Positions 20,514 to 29,884 of a stretch of DNA of 64,000 bases are shown here, in pieces. Position 1 is the first letter of the stretch, and each line of letters starts with the position of its first letter. The notes beneath the pieces are model-generated. The model was not told the DNA's origin, did no database searches, and worked only from the letters and a program-made list of their open reading frames with translations. This stretch comes from an uncultured delta proteobacterium (GTDB taxonomy: Bacteria > Myxococcota > Kuafuiibacteriia > Kuafuiibacteriales > Kuafuiibacteriaceae). The position numbers and the translations under genes are program-made. The stretch covers positions 192,001 to 256,000 of the forward strand of contig CAWDML010000002.1 in the NCBI GenBank assembly GCA_963803435.1, read 5' to 3'.

Positions 20514-21287
20514 ATGTCGCGAAAACGTCATACGGCGGCGGACGAGCCGTACTTCCTGATCCGCTCGCTGGCGGCCCGCGTCGCCGGCGGCCGCAGCATC
20601 GAGCGCCACGCCCATCCCTGGCATCAGCTCATCTACGCGTCCGCCGGGATCATGACGGTCTGGACCGAGCGCGGCACGTGGGTGGCGCCGGCGCAGTGGG
20701 CGATCTGGGCCCCGGCTGGCATCGAGCACTCGATCCGATTCACCGGCGACTCCCTCCTGCGCACGCTCTATCTGCGAAGCGACGACGGCGGGCTCCCCAT
20801 CGAGTGCTCGGTCATCGGCGTCTCCCCGCTCCTGCGCGAGCTGATCCTTCGGACGGTCGAGATCGGGATGCTCGATCGACGCGTCCGGATCCACGCGTCG
20901 ATGGCCGCGCTCATCGCCGACGAGCTGTGCCGGGAGGACGCACCGCCGCTCGATCTCCCGCTCCCCGCGAGCGGGCCGCTGCGGCGGATCGCCGAGCACC
21001 TCTCCGATCACCCCGACGAAGCCGAGGGCAGCGCCGCCCTGGCCGCGCGCTTCGGCCTCGGCGTCCGCACGCTCGAGCGAAGGTTCGCCGCCGAGACCGG
21101 CGTGCCCCTGGGCCGGTGGCGCCGGCAGGCGCGCTTCTTCCACGCGTTGCGATTGCTCGCGGCCGGCACTCCGGTGAAGCGTGTGGCCGCCGAGAGCGGC
21201 TACCGCAGCACCAGCGCGTTCGTGGCGGCGTTCCGGGGCACCTTCGGTACCACCCCGGCGCGCTATTTTTCCGGCCCGGCGCTGTAA
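20514..21287 (+). CDS. AraC family transcriptional regulator (cupin + HTH)
   Basis: HAHPWHQLIYA, RTLERRFAAETG, GYRSTSAFVAAFRGTFGTTP. Confidence 0.92.
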   Translation: MSRKRHTAADEPYFLIRSLAARVAGGRSIERHAHPWHQLIYASAGIMTVWTERGTWVAPAQWAIWAPAGIEHSIRFTGDSLLRTLYLRSDDGGLPIECSVIGVSPLLRELILRTVEIGMLDRRVRIHASMAALIADELCREDAPPLDLPLPASGPLRRIAEHLSDHPDEAEGSAALAARFGLGVRTLERRFAAETGVPLGRWRRQARFFHALRLLAAGTPVKRVAAESGYRSTSAFVAAFRGTFGTTPARYFSGPAL

Positions 21288-21322
21288 TGTTCGGCGGCCC
21301 GGGGACCTGTACCGTCGAACCC

Positions 21323-21643
21323 ATGACGCTCCCCGAGATCACCGATGCCACCTACGAGCGGGAGACCGCGTCCGACCTGCCCGTACTCCTCGACTTCAGC
21401 GCGCCCTGGTGTCCACCCTGCCGGGCGCTCGAGCCGCACCTGGCCGCGGTGGCGGAGCAGTACGGGGGCCGTCTGGTGGTGGCCAAGGTGGACGCCGATC
21501 AGAACCCCGAGGTGGTGGAGCGGTTCAGCGTCCGCAGCTTGCCGACGCTCATCCTGATCCGGCAGCGTCGGGTGGTGGGGCAGATCGTCGGCGCCGTCCC
21601 GCGGACGCGGATCGAGGCGCTGGTGGAGCCGCATCTGGGTTGA
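21323..21643 (+). CDS. Thioredoxin
   Basis: DFSAPWCPPCR active site; VRSLPTL. Confidence 0.92.
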   Translation: MTLPEITDATYERETASDLPVLLDFSAPWCPPCRALEPHLAAVAEQYGGRLVVAKVDADQNPEVVERFSVRSLPTLILIRQRRVVGQIVGAVPRTRIEALVEPHLG

Positions 21644-21645
21644 CG

Positions 21646-22146
21646 ATGGACCTCCTCGCGGCCGTCTCGGAGTCCTATCGCGCCCGCCTGCGCGCGCTGG
21701 CGCAGGCGCAGGGCCTCGGTCCCGACGACGCCAACGACGCCGTCCAGGAGGCGTTCTCCCGGTTCCTCGAGCTGGGCGCCGCGCGCCGCGTGTCCACGCT
21801 CGACGAGACGCGCGCGTACCTGGCCGTGGTGGTGACCAACGCCGCCCGGAACATGCGGCGGCGCCACCACCGGAGGAAGGCGCACGTGACCTTCGATCCG
21901 ACGTTCTCGCTCGCCGATCCGAACCCGCTCCCCGACGAGCAGCTCGACGCGGAGGCGCGCCTCTCCAAGCTGCGCGCCTGCATCGACACGCTCGAAGAGG
22001 TGCCCCGCCGCGTGGTCTCCCTCCGGGTGATCGGGGAGCTCTCCGGTTCGGAGGTCGCGAAGAGCCTCGACCTCACGCCCAATCACGTCGCGGTGGTGCT
22101 CCACCGTGCGAAGAAGGACCTCTTCCGCTGCGTGGTCTGTCCCTGA
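21646..22146 (+). CDS. ECF sigma-70 factor
   Basis: DANDAVQEAF region 2; LSGSEVAKSLDLTPNHVAVVLHRAK region 4. Confidence 0.88.
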   Translation: MDLLAAVSESYRARLRALAQAQGLGPDDANDAVQEAFSRFLELGAARRVSTLDETRAYLAVVVTNAARNMRRRHHRRKAHVTFDPTFSLADPNPLPDEQLDAEARLSKLRACIDTLEEVPRRVVSLRVIGELSGSEVAKSLDLTPNHVAVVLHRAKKDLFRCVVCP

Positions 22147-22168
22147 CGGATGCGCTACATACCGCCCG

Positions 22169-23242
22169 ATGCTCTTCGACCCGCTCGTCGCTGGAGATCT
22201 CCAGCTCCCCAATCGGATCTTCATGGCCCCGCTCACCCGCGCCCGGGCCGGCGCCGAACGGATGCCGAACGCGCTGATGGCCGAGTACTACGCGCAGCGC
22301 GCGACGGCCGGGTTGATCGTGTCCGAGGCGACGTCGGTCTCCCCGATGGGCGTCGGCTATGCGGACACGCCCGGGATCTGGTCCCAGGCGCAGGCGGACG
22401 GCTGGAAGGCGGTGACCCGCGCCGTTCACGAGGCAGGCGGGCGGATCCTGCTGCAGCTCTGGCACGTCGGGCGGATCTCGCACCCGATGTACCTCGACGG
22501 GGCGCTGCCGATCGCGCCCAGCGCCATCGCGCCGGAGGGGCGGGTCAGCCTGGTGCGACCGCACACCGCCTACGTCACGCCGCGGGCGCTGGCGCGCGAG
22601 GAGATCGCGGGCGTGATCGAGGAGTATCGGCTCGCCGCGTCGCGCGGGCTGGACGCCGGGTTCGACGGCGTCGAGCTCCACGGGGCGAACGGCTACCTCC
22701 TGGATCAGTTTCTCCAGGACGGATCGAACGTCCGCACCGACGACTACGGCGGCAGCGTCGAGAACCGCGCGCGGCTCCTGCTGGAGGTGACCGATGCGGC
22801 GATCTCGGTGTGGGGGAGCGGTCGGGTCGCCGTGCACCTGGCGCCGCGGGCCGACGCGCATTCGATGGGCGACTCCGATCGCGCAGCGACGTTCGGCCAC
22901 GTGGCCGCCGAGCTGGGGCGCCGCCGGATCGCCTTCATCTGCGCGCGCGAGCATCTCGGGACGGACCGGCTGGGGCCGGCGCTGAAACGCGCATTCGGCG
23001 GGGTGTTCGTGGCCAACGAGGGCTTCACGCAGGGAGCGGCGGAGCAGGTGCTGGCGGCCGGCGAGGCCGACGCCGTGGCGTTCGGCAAGCTGTTCATCGC
23101 CAACCCCGATCTGGTGGCGCGCTTCCGCGCCCACGGTCCGCTCAACGAGCCCGTCTCCGCGACCTTTTATCGCGGCGGGCCGGAGGGCTACACCGACTAC
23201 CCGCGTTGGAATGGACGAGCCAACGCCGCGCCCGAGGGCTAG
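22169..23242 (+). CDS. Old yellow enzyme / alkene reductase (NemA-like)
   Basis: NRIFMAPLTRAR, QLWHVGRISH, GFDGVELHGANGYLLDQF, GYTDYP. Confidence 0.94.
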   Translation: MLFDPLVAGDLQLPNRIFMAPLTRARAGAERMPNALMAEYYAQRATAGLIVSEATSVSPMGVGYADTPGIWSQAQADGWKAVTRAVHEAGGRILLQLWHVGRISHPMYLDGALPIAPSAIAPEGRVSLVRPHTAYVTPRALAREEIAGVIEEYRLAASRGLDAGFDGVELHGANGYLLDQFLQDGSNVRTDDYGGSVENRARLLLEVTDAAISVWGSGRVAVHLAPRADAHSMGDSDRAATFGHVAAELGRRRIAFICAREHLGTDRLGPALKRAFGGVFVANEGFTQGAAEQVLAAGEADAVAFGKLFIANPDLVARFRAHGPLNEPVSATFYRGGPEGYTDYPRWNGRANAAPEG

Positions 23243-23248
23243 AGTCTG

Positions 23249-24277
23249 GTGGTGCGCGACGCCGTGCTGTCCGTGACCTCGCCGCTCGAGTTCGTCTGGG
23301 AGACGCTCGATCCGTTCCTGTTCTGCGTCCATCACGAGGACGCGTATCCGGCGGGGAACGCAGCGCTCGGTCCGGCCGTGACGCTCGCGGGCCGCGATCT
23401 CGGCCAGGACTTCGCGGGCAAGGACGGCTGGCGCATGTACCACGGCGACGTCGTCCCCGGATTTCCTCAGCACCCGCACCGCGGCTTCGAGACGATCACG
23501 GTGGTGCGGCGGGGGCTCGTCGATCACTTCGACTCGCTCGGCGCGGTCGCGCGCTACGGAGAGGGCGACGTCCAGTGGATGACCGCAGGGAGCGGCATCG
23601 TGCACTCGGAGATGTTCCCGCTGGTGCACCGCGATCGCCCGAACCCGACCGAGCTGTTCCAGATCTGGCTGAACCTTCCGCGCCGCAACAAGCTGGTCCC
23701 GCCGCACTTCTCTATGTTCTGGAGTCACACGCTGCCGCGGCACACGTTCCGCGATGACGCCGGCCGCGCGACCGAGGTCTGCCTGATCGCCGGCTCGCTG
23801 CCGGGCGTGCCCGAGCCGCCGCGGCCGCCGCCGAGCTCGTGGGCCGCGAACCCGGAGGCGAACGTCGCCATCTGGACGGTGAAGCTGGCGCCGCACGCCG
23901 AGTGGACCCTGCCGCCGGCGCCGCCGCGATCGAACCGCATGCTCTATCTCTTCGCGGGCGACGGCGTGCGCATCGCCGGCCAGCCCGTGACGCCGCCGTC
24001 GGGGGTGCGCCTCCATCCGGAGGCCGAGGTGCCGATCGTGAACGGCGGAGAGGATTGCGAGCTCCTCCTCCTGCAGGGCCGCCCGCTCGACGAGCCGGTC
24101 GCGCACTACGGACCGTTCGTGATGACCACGCGCGCCGAGCTCGAGCAGGCGTTCGACGACTACCGCCGGACCGGGTTCGGCGGATGGCCTTGGCCGAGCG
24201 ACGCCCCGGTGCACCCCGGGGAGCAGGGTCGCTTCGCCGTCGAGATCGACGGGCGTGAGTCCACACCGGGGGGCTGA
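23249..24277 (+). CDS. Pirin family protein
   Basis: GFPQHPHRGFETIT, QWMTAGSGIVHSEM, GPFVM. Confidence 0.94.
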   Translation: MVRDAVLSVTSPLEFVWETLDPFLFCVHHEDAYPAGNAALGPAVTLAGRDLGQDFAGKDGWRMYHGDVVPGFPQHPHRGFETITVVRRGLVDHFDSLGAVARYGEGDVQWMTAGSGIVHSEMFPLVHRDRPNPTELFQIWLNLPRRNKLVPPHFSMFWSHTLPRHTFRDDAGRATEVCLIAGSLPGVPEPPRPPPSSWAANPEANVAIWTVKLAPHAEWTLPPAPPRSNRMLYLFAGDGVRIAGQPVTPPSGVRLHPEAEVPIVNGGEDCELLLLQGRPLDEPVAHYGPFVMTTRAELEQAFDDYRRTGFGGWPWPSDAPVHPGEQGRFAVEIDGRESTPGG

Positions 24278-24807
24278 TGCTCTTTCCCTTCGCCAAGATC
24301 CGCTGGGTCAAGAGCGTGACCATGGACGGCGAGTATCTGGCGTACGGCGGTGAGGATCCGACCTCGCTCGCCCGGGAGCCGCGCCGCGCCGGCGACGCCT
24401 TCGACCTGCACGCGACGCCCGAGGATGCTGACAGCCTCGGCGATCCGGCCGTCGGCGACCTCATCGTCCTCACCCAGCACGATCAGGTGACCCACCTGGT
24501 GGAGGTTCAGGGCGAGCGCACCGAGCCGCGACCGAAGAAGACCATCCGCCGCGGCACGCGGGATGCGCGCTTCTCGATCCAGCGCCGGTGCGTGGCGCGC
24601 CTGATGCTCGGCTTCGAGCGGGCACCGTTCATCGAGCGCGCGTTCGGCTTCGATCCGCACGCGGCCGGCGGAGAGGTCTTCGAGATCACCGCGCTCCCGG
24701 CCTTCGAGCGGGCGCAGCAGCCGTTGTGGATGGTCCAGCGGCGCATCCATCACGCGATGACCTCCGCCGAACGCATGAGCCGGGTGGAGCGATTTCGGCC
24801 GGGTTGA
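24277..24807 (+). CDS. Hypothetical protein
   Basis: TGATG coupling to pirin; coding-like composition; no family recognised. Confidence 0.65.
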   Translation: MLFPFAKIRWVKSVTMDGEYLAYGGEDPTSLAREPRRAGDAFDLHATPEDADSLGDPAVGDLIVLTQHDQVTHLVEVQGERTEPRPKKTIRRGTRDARFSIQRRCVARLMLGFERAPFIERAFGFDPHAAGGEVFEITALPAFERAQQPLWMVQRRIHHAMTSAERMSRVERFRPG

Positions 24808-24822
24808 CCGAGGCTGACCTCG

Positions 24823-25569
24823 TCAGCGCAGCCCCAGCCGCGCCTTGAGCGCGGCCAGCGCGCGGCGGCTCACCCGGGCGCGCTGGCCGTCGTCCAGCTC
24901 GACCACGGTGCCGAGCTCCTCATGGTGCAGCGCGCGAACCTTCGCGAGGTTGATGAGCTCTCTGCGGTGGACGCGCAGGAAACCGAGCGGCTCGAGTCGC
25001 GCCTCCAGCTCGTGGAGGCTCTCGTCGAGGACGTACTCCTCTCCGTCATGGTGAATCAGCGTGTACTTGTCGGAGGCGTAGAGGCGCGAGAGCGCGGCGG
25101 CGTCGAGGAGATGGACCGTGCTCCCGCTCTTCGCCGCGATTCGCTCGGGGCGAGCGCCGATGATCCGCCCCACGGCGCGCGCGACGACCTCCTCCAGCGC
25201 CTTCGGCTGGAGGCTCGGCCCTTGCCGCAGGCGCACGCGTTCGAGCGCTTGCGCGAGCCGCGCCGGTTCCACCGGCTTGAGCAGGTAGTCGACCGCGGCC
25301 AGCTCGAAGGCGCGGACGGCGTGCTCGCGGTGTGCGGTCGTGAAGACGATCGGTGGCAGCGCGCCACCCTCCGCCACCAGGCTGAGCCCATCCAGGCCCG
25401 GCATCTGCACGTCCAGGAGGACGAGATCGGGGGCGAGCTCCGCGATCAGCGCGCGCGCCTCAACGCCGTCACCGGCCTGTCCCACCACCTCGACGCCCCG
25501 AATGCGCCCCAGCATGCGAGCGAGACGACGGCGCGCGAGCGGCTCGTCATCGACGATCAGGATCCGCAT
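24823..25569 (-). CDS. LytTR family response regulator
   Basis: ILIVDDEPLAR, LLDVQMPGLDG, AVDYLLKP, FLRVHRRELIN. Confidence 0.94.
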   Translation of the reverse strand: MRILIVDDEPLARRRLARMLGRIRGVEVVGQAGDGVEARALIAELAPDLVLLDVQMPGLDGLSLVAEGGALPPIVFTTAHREHAVRAFELAAVDYLLKPVEPARLAQALERVRLRQGPSLQPKALEEVVARAVGRIIGARPERIAAKSGSTVHLLDAAALSRLYASDKYTLIHHDGEEYVLDESLHELEARLEPLGFLRVHRRELINLAKVRALHHEELGTVVELDDGQRARVSRRALAALKARLGLR

Positions 25570-26617
25570 CGGGCTCCCCTTCCTCGACCGGCAGTCGCAG
25601 CTCGATCCTGAATCCTCCCAGCGGCCCGCGACCGCTCGTCACCTCGGCGCGCGTGCCGTAGGCGAGGGCCAGCCGCTGCTCCAGGTCCGTTCGGCTGGTA
25701 CCCGCGCCGCGGTGCGCGGAGGCGCCGGGCCCCGGGCCGTCGTCCTCGACCGTGAGCTCGACGCTCGCCTCGACTCTCTTCGCGGTGACCACCACCCGCG
25801 CCGGGCCGGGCCGCGTCGACACGCCGTGCTGGATCGCGTTCTCCACCAGCGGTTGAAGGATGAAGGGTGGAACCGAGACCGAGCCGGCGTCCGGGTCGAG
25901 CGCCACCTGCGTCTCGAGCCGCGCACCGAACCGCAGGCGTGCGAACTCGAGATACGCCTCCACCGCGGCAATCTCCTCCGAGAGCGCCACCATCGCTCGG
26001 CGCTCGCTGTCGAGGGTGTATCGGAACAGGCCGGCCAGTCGTTCGACGGCGCGCTCCGCTCGCTCCGGATCCTCTCCGATCAGGGAGGCGACCGTGTTGA
26101 GACTGTTGAACAGAAAGTGCGGATCGGTGCGGGCCTGCAGCGCAGCGAGCTGGCTCTTGAGCAGCTCGCGCTCCCTCTGGGTCTCGCGCAGATCGAGCTC
26201 CTCGGCCCGCCGCTTCAAGCGCTCCCTCGAGGCGCCGATCGCCATCATCGCGATCGTGGCCGCCAGCGCCACCGGCAGCACTCCGAACCGCGGGAAGTCG
26301 CTCGACGCCTGCGGAAACAGGGACCGCGCGAGCCACAGCGAGCCCTCCACGCCGACGAGGATCCCGACGCATACCACCGGAGTCTGGAGCAGAATCCGCG
26401 CGAGCGGCCGCCTGCGCTCGAGCCCGAGCCGGGAGAGCACCAGCGCGTCGAGCGCCTGGATCGCGGTCCCGATGCCGAAGCAAATCATCAGGTCGATCAC
26501 GAAGCGGACGCTGAGCGACTCGAAGGCGAAGTCGCCCGCGGTCGTGGCGAGCATCGCCGTCAACAGCATCGACAGCAGGAGATAGGCGAAGGTGTCCTCG
26601 CGCAGCCGAGCGAGCAT
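25547..26617 (-). CDS. LytS/YehU family sensor histidine kinase
   Basis: N-terminal TM helices; LQARTDPHFLFNSLNT, LQPLVENAIQHG, VEDDGPG. Confidence 0.92.
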   Translation of the reverse strand: MLARLREDTFAYLLLSMLLTAMLATTAGDFAFESLSVRFVIDLMICFGIGTAIQALDALVLSRLGLERRRPLARILLQTPVVCVGILVGVEGSLWLARSLFPQASSDFPRFGVLPVALAATIAMMAIGASRERLKRRAEELDLRETQRERELLKSQLAALQARTDPHFLFNSLNTVASLIGEDPERAERAVERLAGLFRYTLDSERRAMVALSEEIAAVEAYLEFARLRFGARLETQVALDPDAGSVSVPPFILQPLVENAIQHGVSTRPGPARVVVTAKRVEASVELTVEDDGPGPGASAHRGAGTSRTDLEQRLALAYGTRAEVTSGRGPLGGFRIELRLPVEEGEPDADPDRR

Positions 26618-27327
26618 CAACCGCCCTCTCCGAGGCGGCGCCGCATGGCGCGCGTCCACCACGCGAAGCTCGGCACGGCAATCAGGGACGGCGCGATCCA
26701 GGGCACGAACGCGAGCGAGGGTGGCAACCAGGATCCGACCGTGCGTCCCATCGCCACCACCAGGAACGCCGTGAGCGCGGTGATGCAGGCGATCATCATG
26801 GCGCGCATGTGTTGATACCACCACGCCCGCGGACTGGACAGCGGCCGTAGCACGAAGCGAAGGTCCGCGATCGCGTTCCCGATCTCGATCGCCGCGAAGA
26901 GCACCCACAAGCCGCGCCCGCGCGTGAGGCCGAGGGCTCCGGTCGCCACTCCGGCGACCGCCAGCACGAGCGGCAGACCCACGTCGATGAGCGACGGCTG
27001 CGGGGCCGCCGATCGCTTGCGCGCGAAGGCCCGGAGCCCGCTCCACAGCGCCGCCGTCGTCAACAACGACAAGGTGCCGAGAAACGCGGCGCTCGCCTGC
27101 AACGCCTCCGGTGATTCGCCGGGCTTGAAGACCTCCGGCCAGCCGAGCCAGAGCACGGTCATGACCAGCCCGGTCGCCGACGAGATCGTCATGCCCGACA
27201 CGAAGATCCACCCGGCCCGTCGATGGATCCGCCCGCCTTTCTTGGAGAGCAGCGGGACCGCGAGCGAGGCCAGGCCGAGCCCGCCGCCCAAGATGTGCAA
27301 GCCGCGAAGGAGAAGGTATCCAGCCAT
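26617..27327 (-). CDS. Membrane protein (DUF2306-like)
   Basis: LHILGG..KKGGRIHRRAGWIF, HMRAM; several TM helices; head of the LytS/LytTR operon. Confidence 0.75.
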   Translation of the reverse strand: MAGYLLLRGLHILGGGLGLASLAVPLLSKKGGRIHRRAGWIFVSGMTISSATGLVMTVLWLGWPEVFKPGESPEALQASAAFLGTLSLLTTAALWSGLRAFARKRSAAPQPSLIDVGLPLVLAVAGVATGALGLTRGRGLWVLFAAIEIGNAIADLRFVLRPLSSPRAWWYQHMRAMMIACITALTAFLVVAMGRTVGSWLPPSLAFVPWIAPSLIAVPSFAWWTRAMRRRLGEGG

Positions 27328-27368
27328 GCGCCGACGCTGGCTCGAATGACCGGGCCGGCGGTGCCGTC

Positions 27369-27399
27369 CGACGAGCGGGGCCGAACCCGCGACGAGCGG
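27369..27399 (-). promoter_or_regulatory. LytTR-type direct-repeat operator
   Basis: CGACGAGCGG at 27369-78 and 27390-99 (21-bp period); minus strand reads CCGCTCGTCG, similar to the AlgR box CCGTTCGTC. Confidence 0.65.
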
Positions 27400-27474
27400 C
27401 GTCTCATCTGGAGGACGCGCCCGCCGAACGGATGACCCTGGTCGAGCGATTTCGCCCGTGCTAGCCCGCGAGCG

Positions 27475-28347
27475 ATGGAGTCTCTGGAAGCGTACGACTG
27501 GATTCGATTGGCCGAGCAGACGAGGGCGCAGCTCGTCGAGGCTCGCGGGAAGCTCGACGGATCCGCGGGTCACGAGCGTGAGCTGCGATGGCTGGACGAG
27601 GCGGCGGCGCTGGCGTCGGGCGATCCCGAGGTGCGCGCGGATCTCGTCGCACGGGCTCGCCGCCTCCCGGAGCTCGCCACCGTGCGGGACGAGCACGCGT
27701 CCGATCTGATCGGACCCTGGGCCGACGCGATCGAGCGGCTCCACGCCGGGATCGTCTTTCACGCGGGGGTGCGCTCCCCGATCATCGAGGCTCTCTTTCC
27801 GCACCGAAAGTTCGATCAGCTCCGCCGCTCGAACCTCGACAACGCGCGGGCGTACGGCGTCGAGCTCCAGCGACGGCTCGCGTCCTCGTACCTCGATCGC
27901 CTGCTGGCGCGGGAGGAGTTCGCCTTCGCTCGGCCCACCGTCGAGGAGGTGAGCGCACGCTACGCGTCGATCGCGGACTCGAGCGAGGACGCCCCTGCAC
28001 CCGAAGAGGCGGAGGCGCTCCTGTCGGCGCTGGCCGCGGAGGCGGAGAGCGTCCGGCGCGCGCTCGCGCAGGCGCGGCTCCTGGCCGAGGCCGCGCTCGT
28101 GCCGGTGGCGGGCGCCTTTGCCGAGCTCGGCCTCAAGAGCAAGCCGAAGGCCCGCGCCGCGGCGAAGGCGAAGAAGATCGCCGAGGTGGAGGCGAAGCCG
28201 GAGGTGGCGCCGGCACCGGTGCCGGAGGCGCCCGTCGCGAAGAAGCGGGCGAAGGCCAAGGCGGCGCCGCCGGCGAAGGCGCAGAAGCCGGCCAAGGCGG
28301 CGAAGAAGCCGCGCCGGTCCGACCGGAAGCCCGAGGCCTCGGCGTAG
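27475..28347 (+). CDS. Hypothetical helical protein with a Lys/Ala/Pro-rich (histone H1-like) C-terminal tail
   Basis: 290-aa ORF ending KAKAAPPAKAQKPAKAAKKPRR. Confidence 0.75.
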   Translation: MESLEAYDWIRLAEQTRAQLVEARGKLDGSAGHERELRWLDEAAALASGDPEVRADLVARARRLPELATVRDEHASDLIGPWADAIERLHAGIVFHAGVRSPIIEALFPHRKFDQLRRSNLDNARAYGVELQRRLASSYLDRLLAREEFAFARPTVEEVSARYASIADSSEDAPAPEEAEALLSALAAEAESVRRALAQARLLAEAALVPVAGAFAELGLKSKPKARAAAKAKKIAEVEAKPEVAPAPVPEAPVAKKRAKAKAAPPAKAQKPAKAAKKPRRSDRKPEASA

Positions 28348-28357
28348 CGGGGCCTAG

Positions 28358-28424
28358 GAGCGTGTAGCGCGTAAGCGCTCACGCGACCCCGGTCCGGGTC
28401 CCGGTCCCGGTCCGGGTCCCGATC
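28358..28424. repeat. Left TIR of copy 1 with a GGTCCC/GGTCCG hexamer array
   Basis: ggtccg ggtccc ggtccc ggtccg ggtccc gatc; inverted relative to 29741-29805; identical to 35258-35324 reversed. Confidence 0.88.
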
Positions 28425-28439
28425 TGAAGATGGCTGCCT

Positions 28440-29247
28440 TCAAGATCCTGCTGTCTGAGTCGGTGAAGTTCCTCTGAGCGTGGGGCCTCGGTGTGCCGTC
28501 CACATTTGCAGGAACGCGATGATGCGGCCATCCATCATTTCGTTCAGTTGGGTCTGGGGATGGTTCGAGCTGGTCAGCCTGCGCTCTTGCCTTCTCGGCT
28601 CCAGCGCAGCCTTCGCTTCTCGAATGCGGGCAAGGCGGGATTCACGGCGAGCGAGCTCCGCTGGGATGTCCTCCTTCAGTCTCTTCAACGCCCAGCCGCT
28701 CGTCTTCCTCTTGGTCGATCGTGCGCGCTCGCTCCAGCAGTTCTTCGATCTCGAGAGACAGCCGCTTCTCCTCCTCGGCCATCCGCTCGTAGGTCATCGC
28801 CTTGTGCTTGCTCGCGTTCGCCTGCACCTTCGAGCCATCGAGTGCGACGTCCGAGCCGCACCAAACCTGCTTTTTGGCAAAGCTTCAGGACTTCGAGGAA
28901 GAGCGCTTTCAGTGCCTCCAGGTGGACGAGCCGAAACTCGTTGATCGTCGTGAAGTGGGGATGACTTTCTCCAGCCAGCACCCGGAATGGAATGTCTTCG
29001 TAGGTCGCCCGCGCGATCCTCCGCGACGAATAGATGCCGGTGCAGTAGGCGTACAGAAGCAGCGCGATCATCATTCGAGGCGAGTACGGTCCTTGGACTG
29101 GATCGAGATCTCGATCGCGCTCAGCTCTACCTCATCGACGACGTCCAAGACGAAGTACGCGAGATGATTTTCTGGGAGCCACTCGAGAGGGGACGGCGGG
29201 AGCAAGAACGATTGTCTCGGAGTCCAAGAACGGTATTGCTTCGCCAC
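28440..29247 (-). pseudogene. IS1182-family transposase, N-terminal part, frameshifted and truncated
   Basis: GTG 29247 MAKQYRSWTPRQSFLLPPSPLEWLPENHLAYF; PRMMIALLLYAYCTGIYSSRRI; HPHFTTINEFR; ALDGSKVQANASKHKAM; RNFTDSDSRILK, then joined to the end sequence. Confidence 0.88.
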
Positions 29248-29366
29248 GAAACCATGGGATCAAGTCCAGGCGTCGAAGTCGATCCGCCCAACGATCGATT
29301 CCAGACGAAACGACCTCCAAGAACTTCTGCTGGTCAAAGTGGACGAGCTACCGCAAGCTAGCTTGC

Positions 29367-29735
29367 ATGGTCACTTTCGATCACGAGAAGCTCGAGGTCT
29401 ACCAGCTCGCCGTCGAGTATGCCGACATCGCTGAAGAGATCGCACAAGAACTGCAACCCGGTCACGCTCACGTCCGCGATCAGCTTCGGCGGGCATCCGA
29501 TTCCATCGTGAACAACACCGCCGAGGGCGCCGGAGAGTTCAATCCACCTGAGAAGGCTCGCTTCTACCGGATGGCACTTCGCTCTGACACCGAAAGCGCC
29601 GCCTCACTCCACACCTGCTTGAGGCGCCGACTCGCCAACGAGCAGAAGGTCCAAGCCGCCAGAGCCAAGCTCAAGCGCGTTGTCGAGAGGCTCACGCGCC
29701 TCATCAAGTCGATGAACGCACGCCGGGCTGCATGA
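29367..29735 (+). CDS. Four helix bundle protein (TIGR02436 / 23S rRNA IVP / bAvd-like fold)
   Basis: FDHEKLEVYQLA, DQLRRASDSIVNNTAEG, KARFYRMALRS..E. Confidence 0.9.
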   Translation: MVTFDHEKLEVYQLAVEYADIAEEIAQELQPGHAHVRDQLRRASDSIVNNTAEGAGEFNPPEKARFYRMALRSDTESAASLHTCLRRRLANEQKVQAARAKLKRVVERLTRLIKSMNARRAA

Positions 29736-29740
29736 TCGCC

Positions 29741-29805
29741 ATCGGGACCGGGACCGGGACCGGGACCCGGACCGGGCTCGCGGTAGCGCTACGCGCTACA
29801 CGCTC
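29741..29805. repeat. Right TIR of copy 1 with a (GGGACC)n array
   Basis: atc gggacc gggacc gggacc gggacc cggacc gggctc gcggtagcgctacgcgctacacgctc. Confidence 0.88.
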
Positions 29806-29884
29806 CTAGCTGGAGTCCAGGCGCTCAAGTGTGACGCCGAGGCCCGAAGAACCGCTCGGCGGCCCGCTCCCACCCCCGCGCGGG

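Larger units (their letters stand above)
28354..29809. mobile_element. Defective IS1182-family element, copy 1 (5' transposase part + four-helix-bundle passenger), CTAG at both ends
   Basis: Ends CTAG-GAGCGTGTAGCGCGTA... and ...TACGCGCTACACGCTC-CTAG; about 70-bp imperfect TIRs; transposase remnant inside. Confidence 0.88.

Noticed and set aside
28391-28420. Hexamer arrays as a CRISPR array or as coding GT/DRDP repeats
   Set aside because: No spacers or cas genes; the ORFs crossing them (e.g. 34590..34871, 34692..35303) are by-products of the TIRs.
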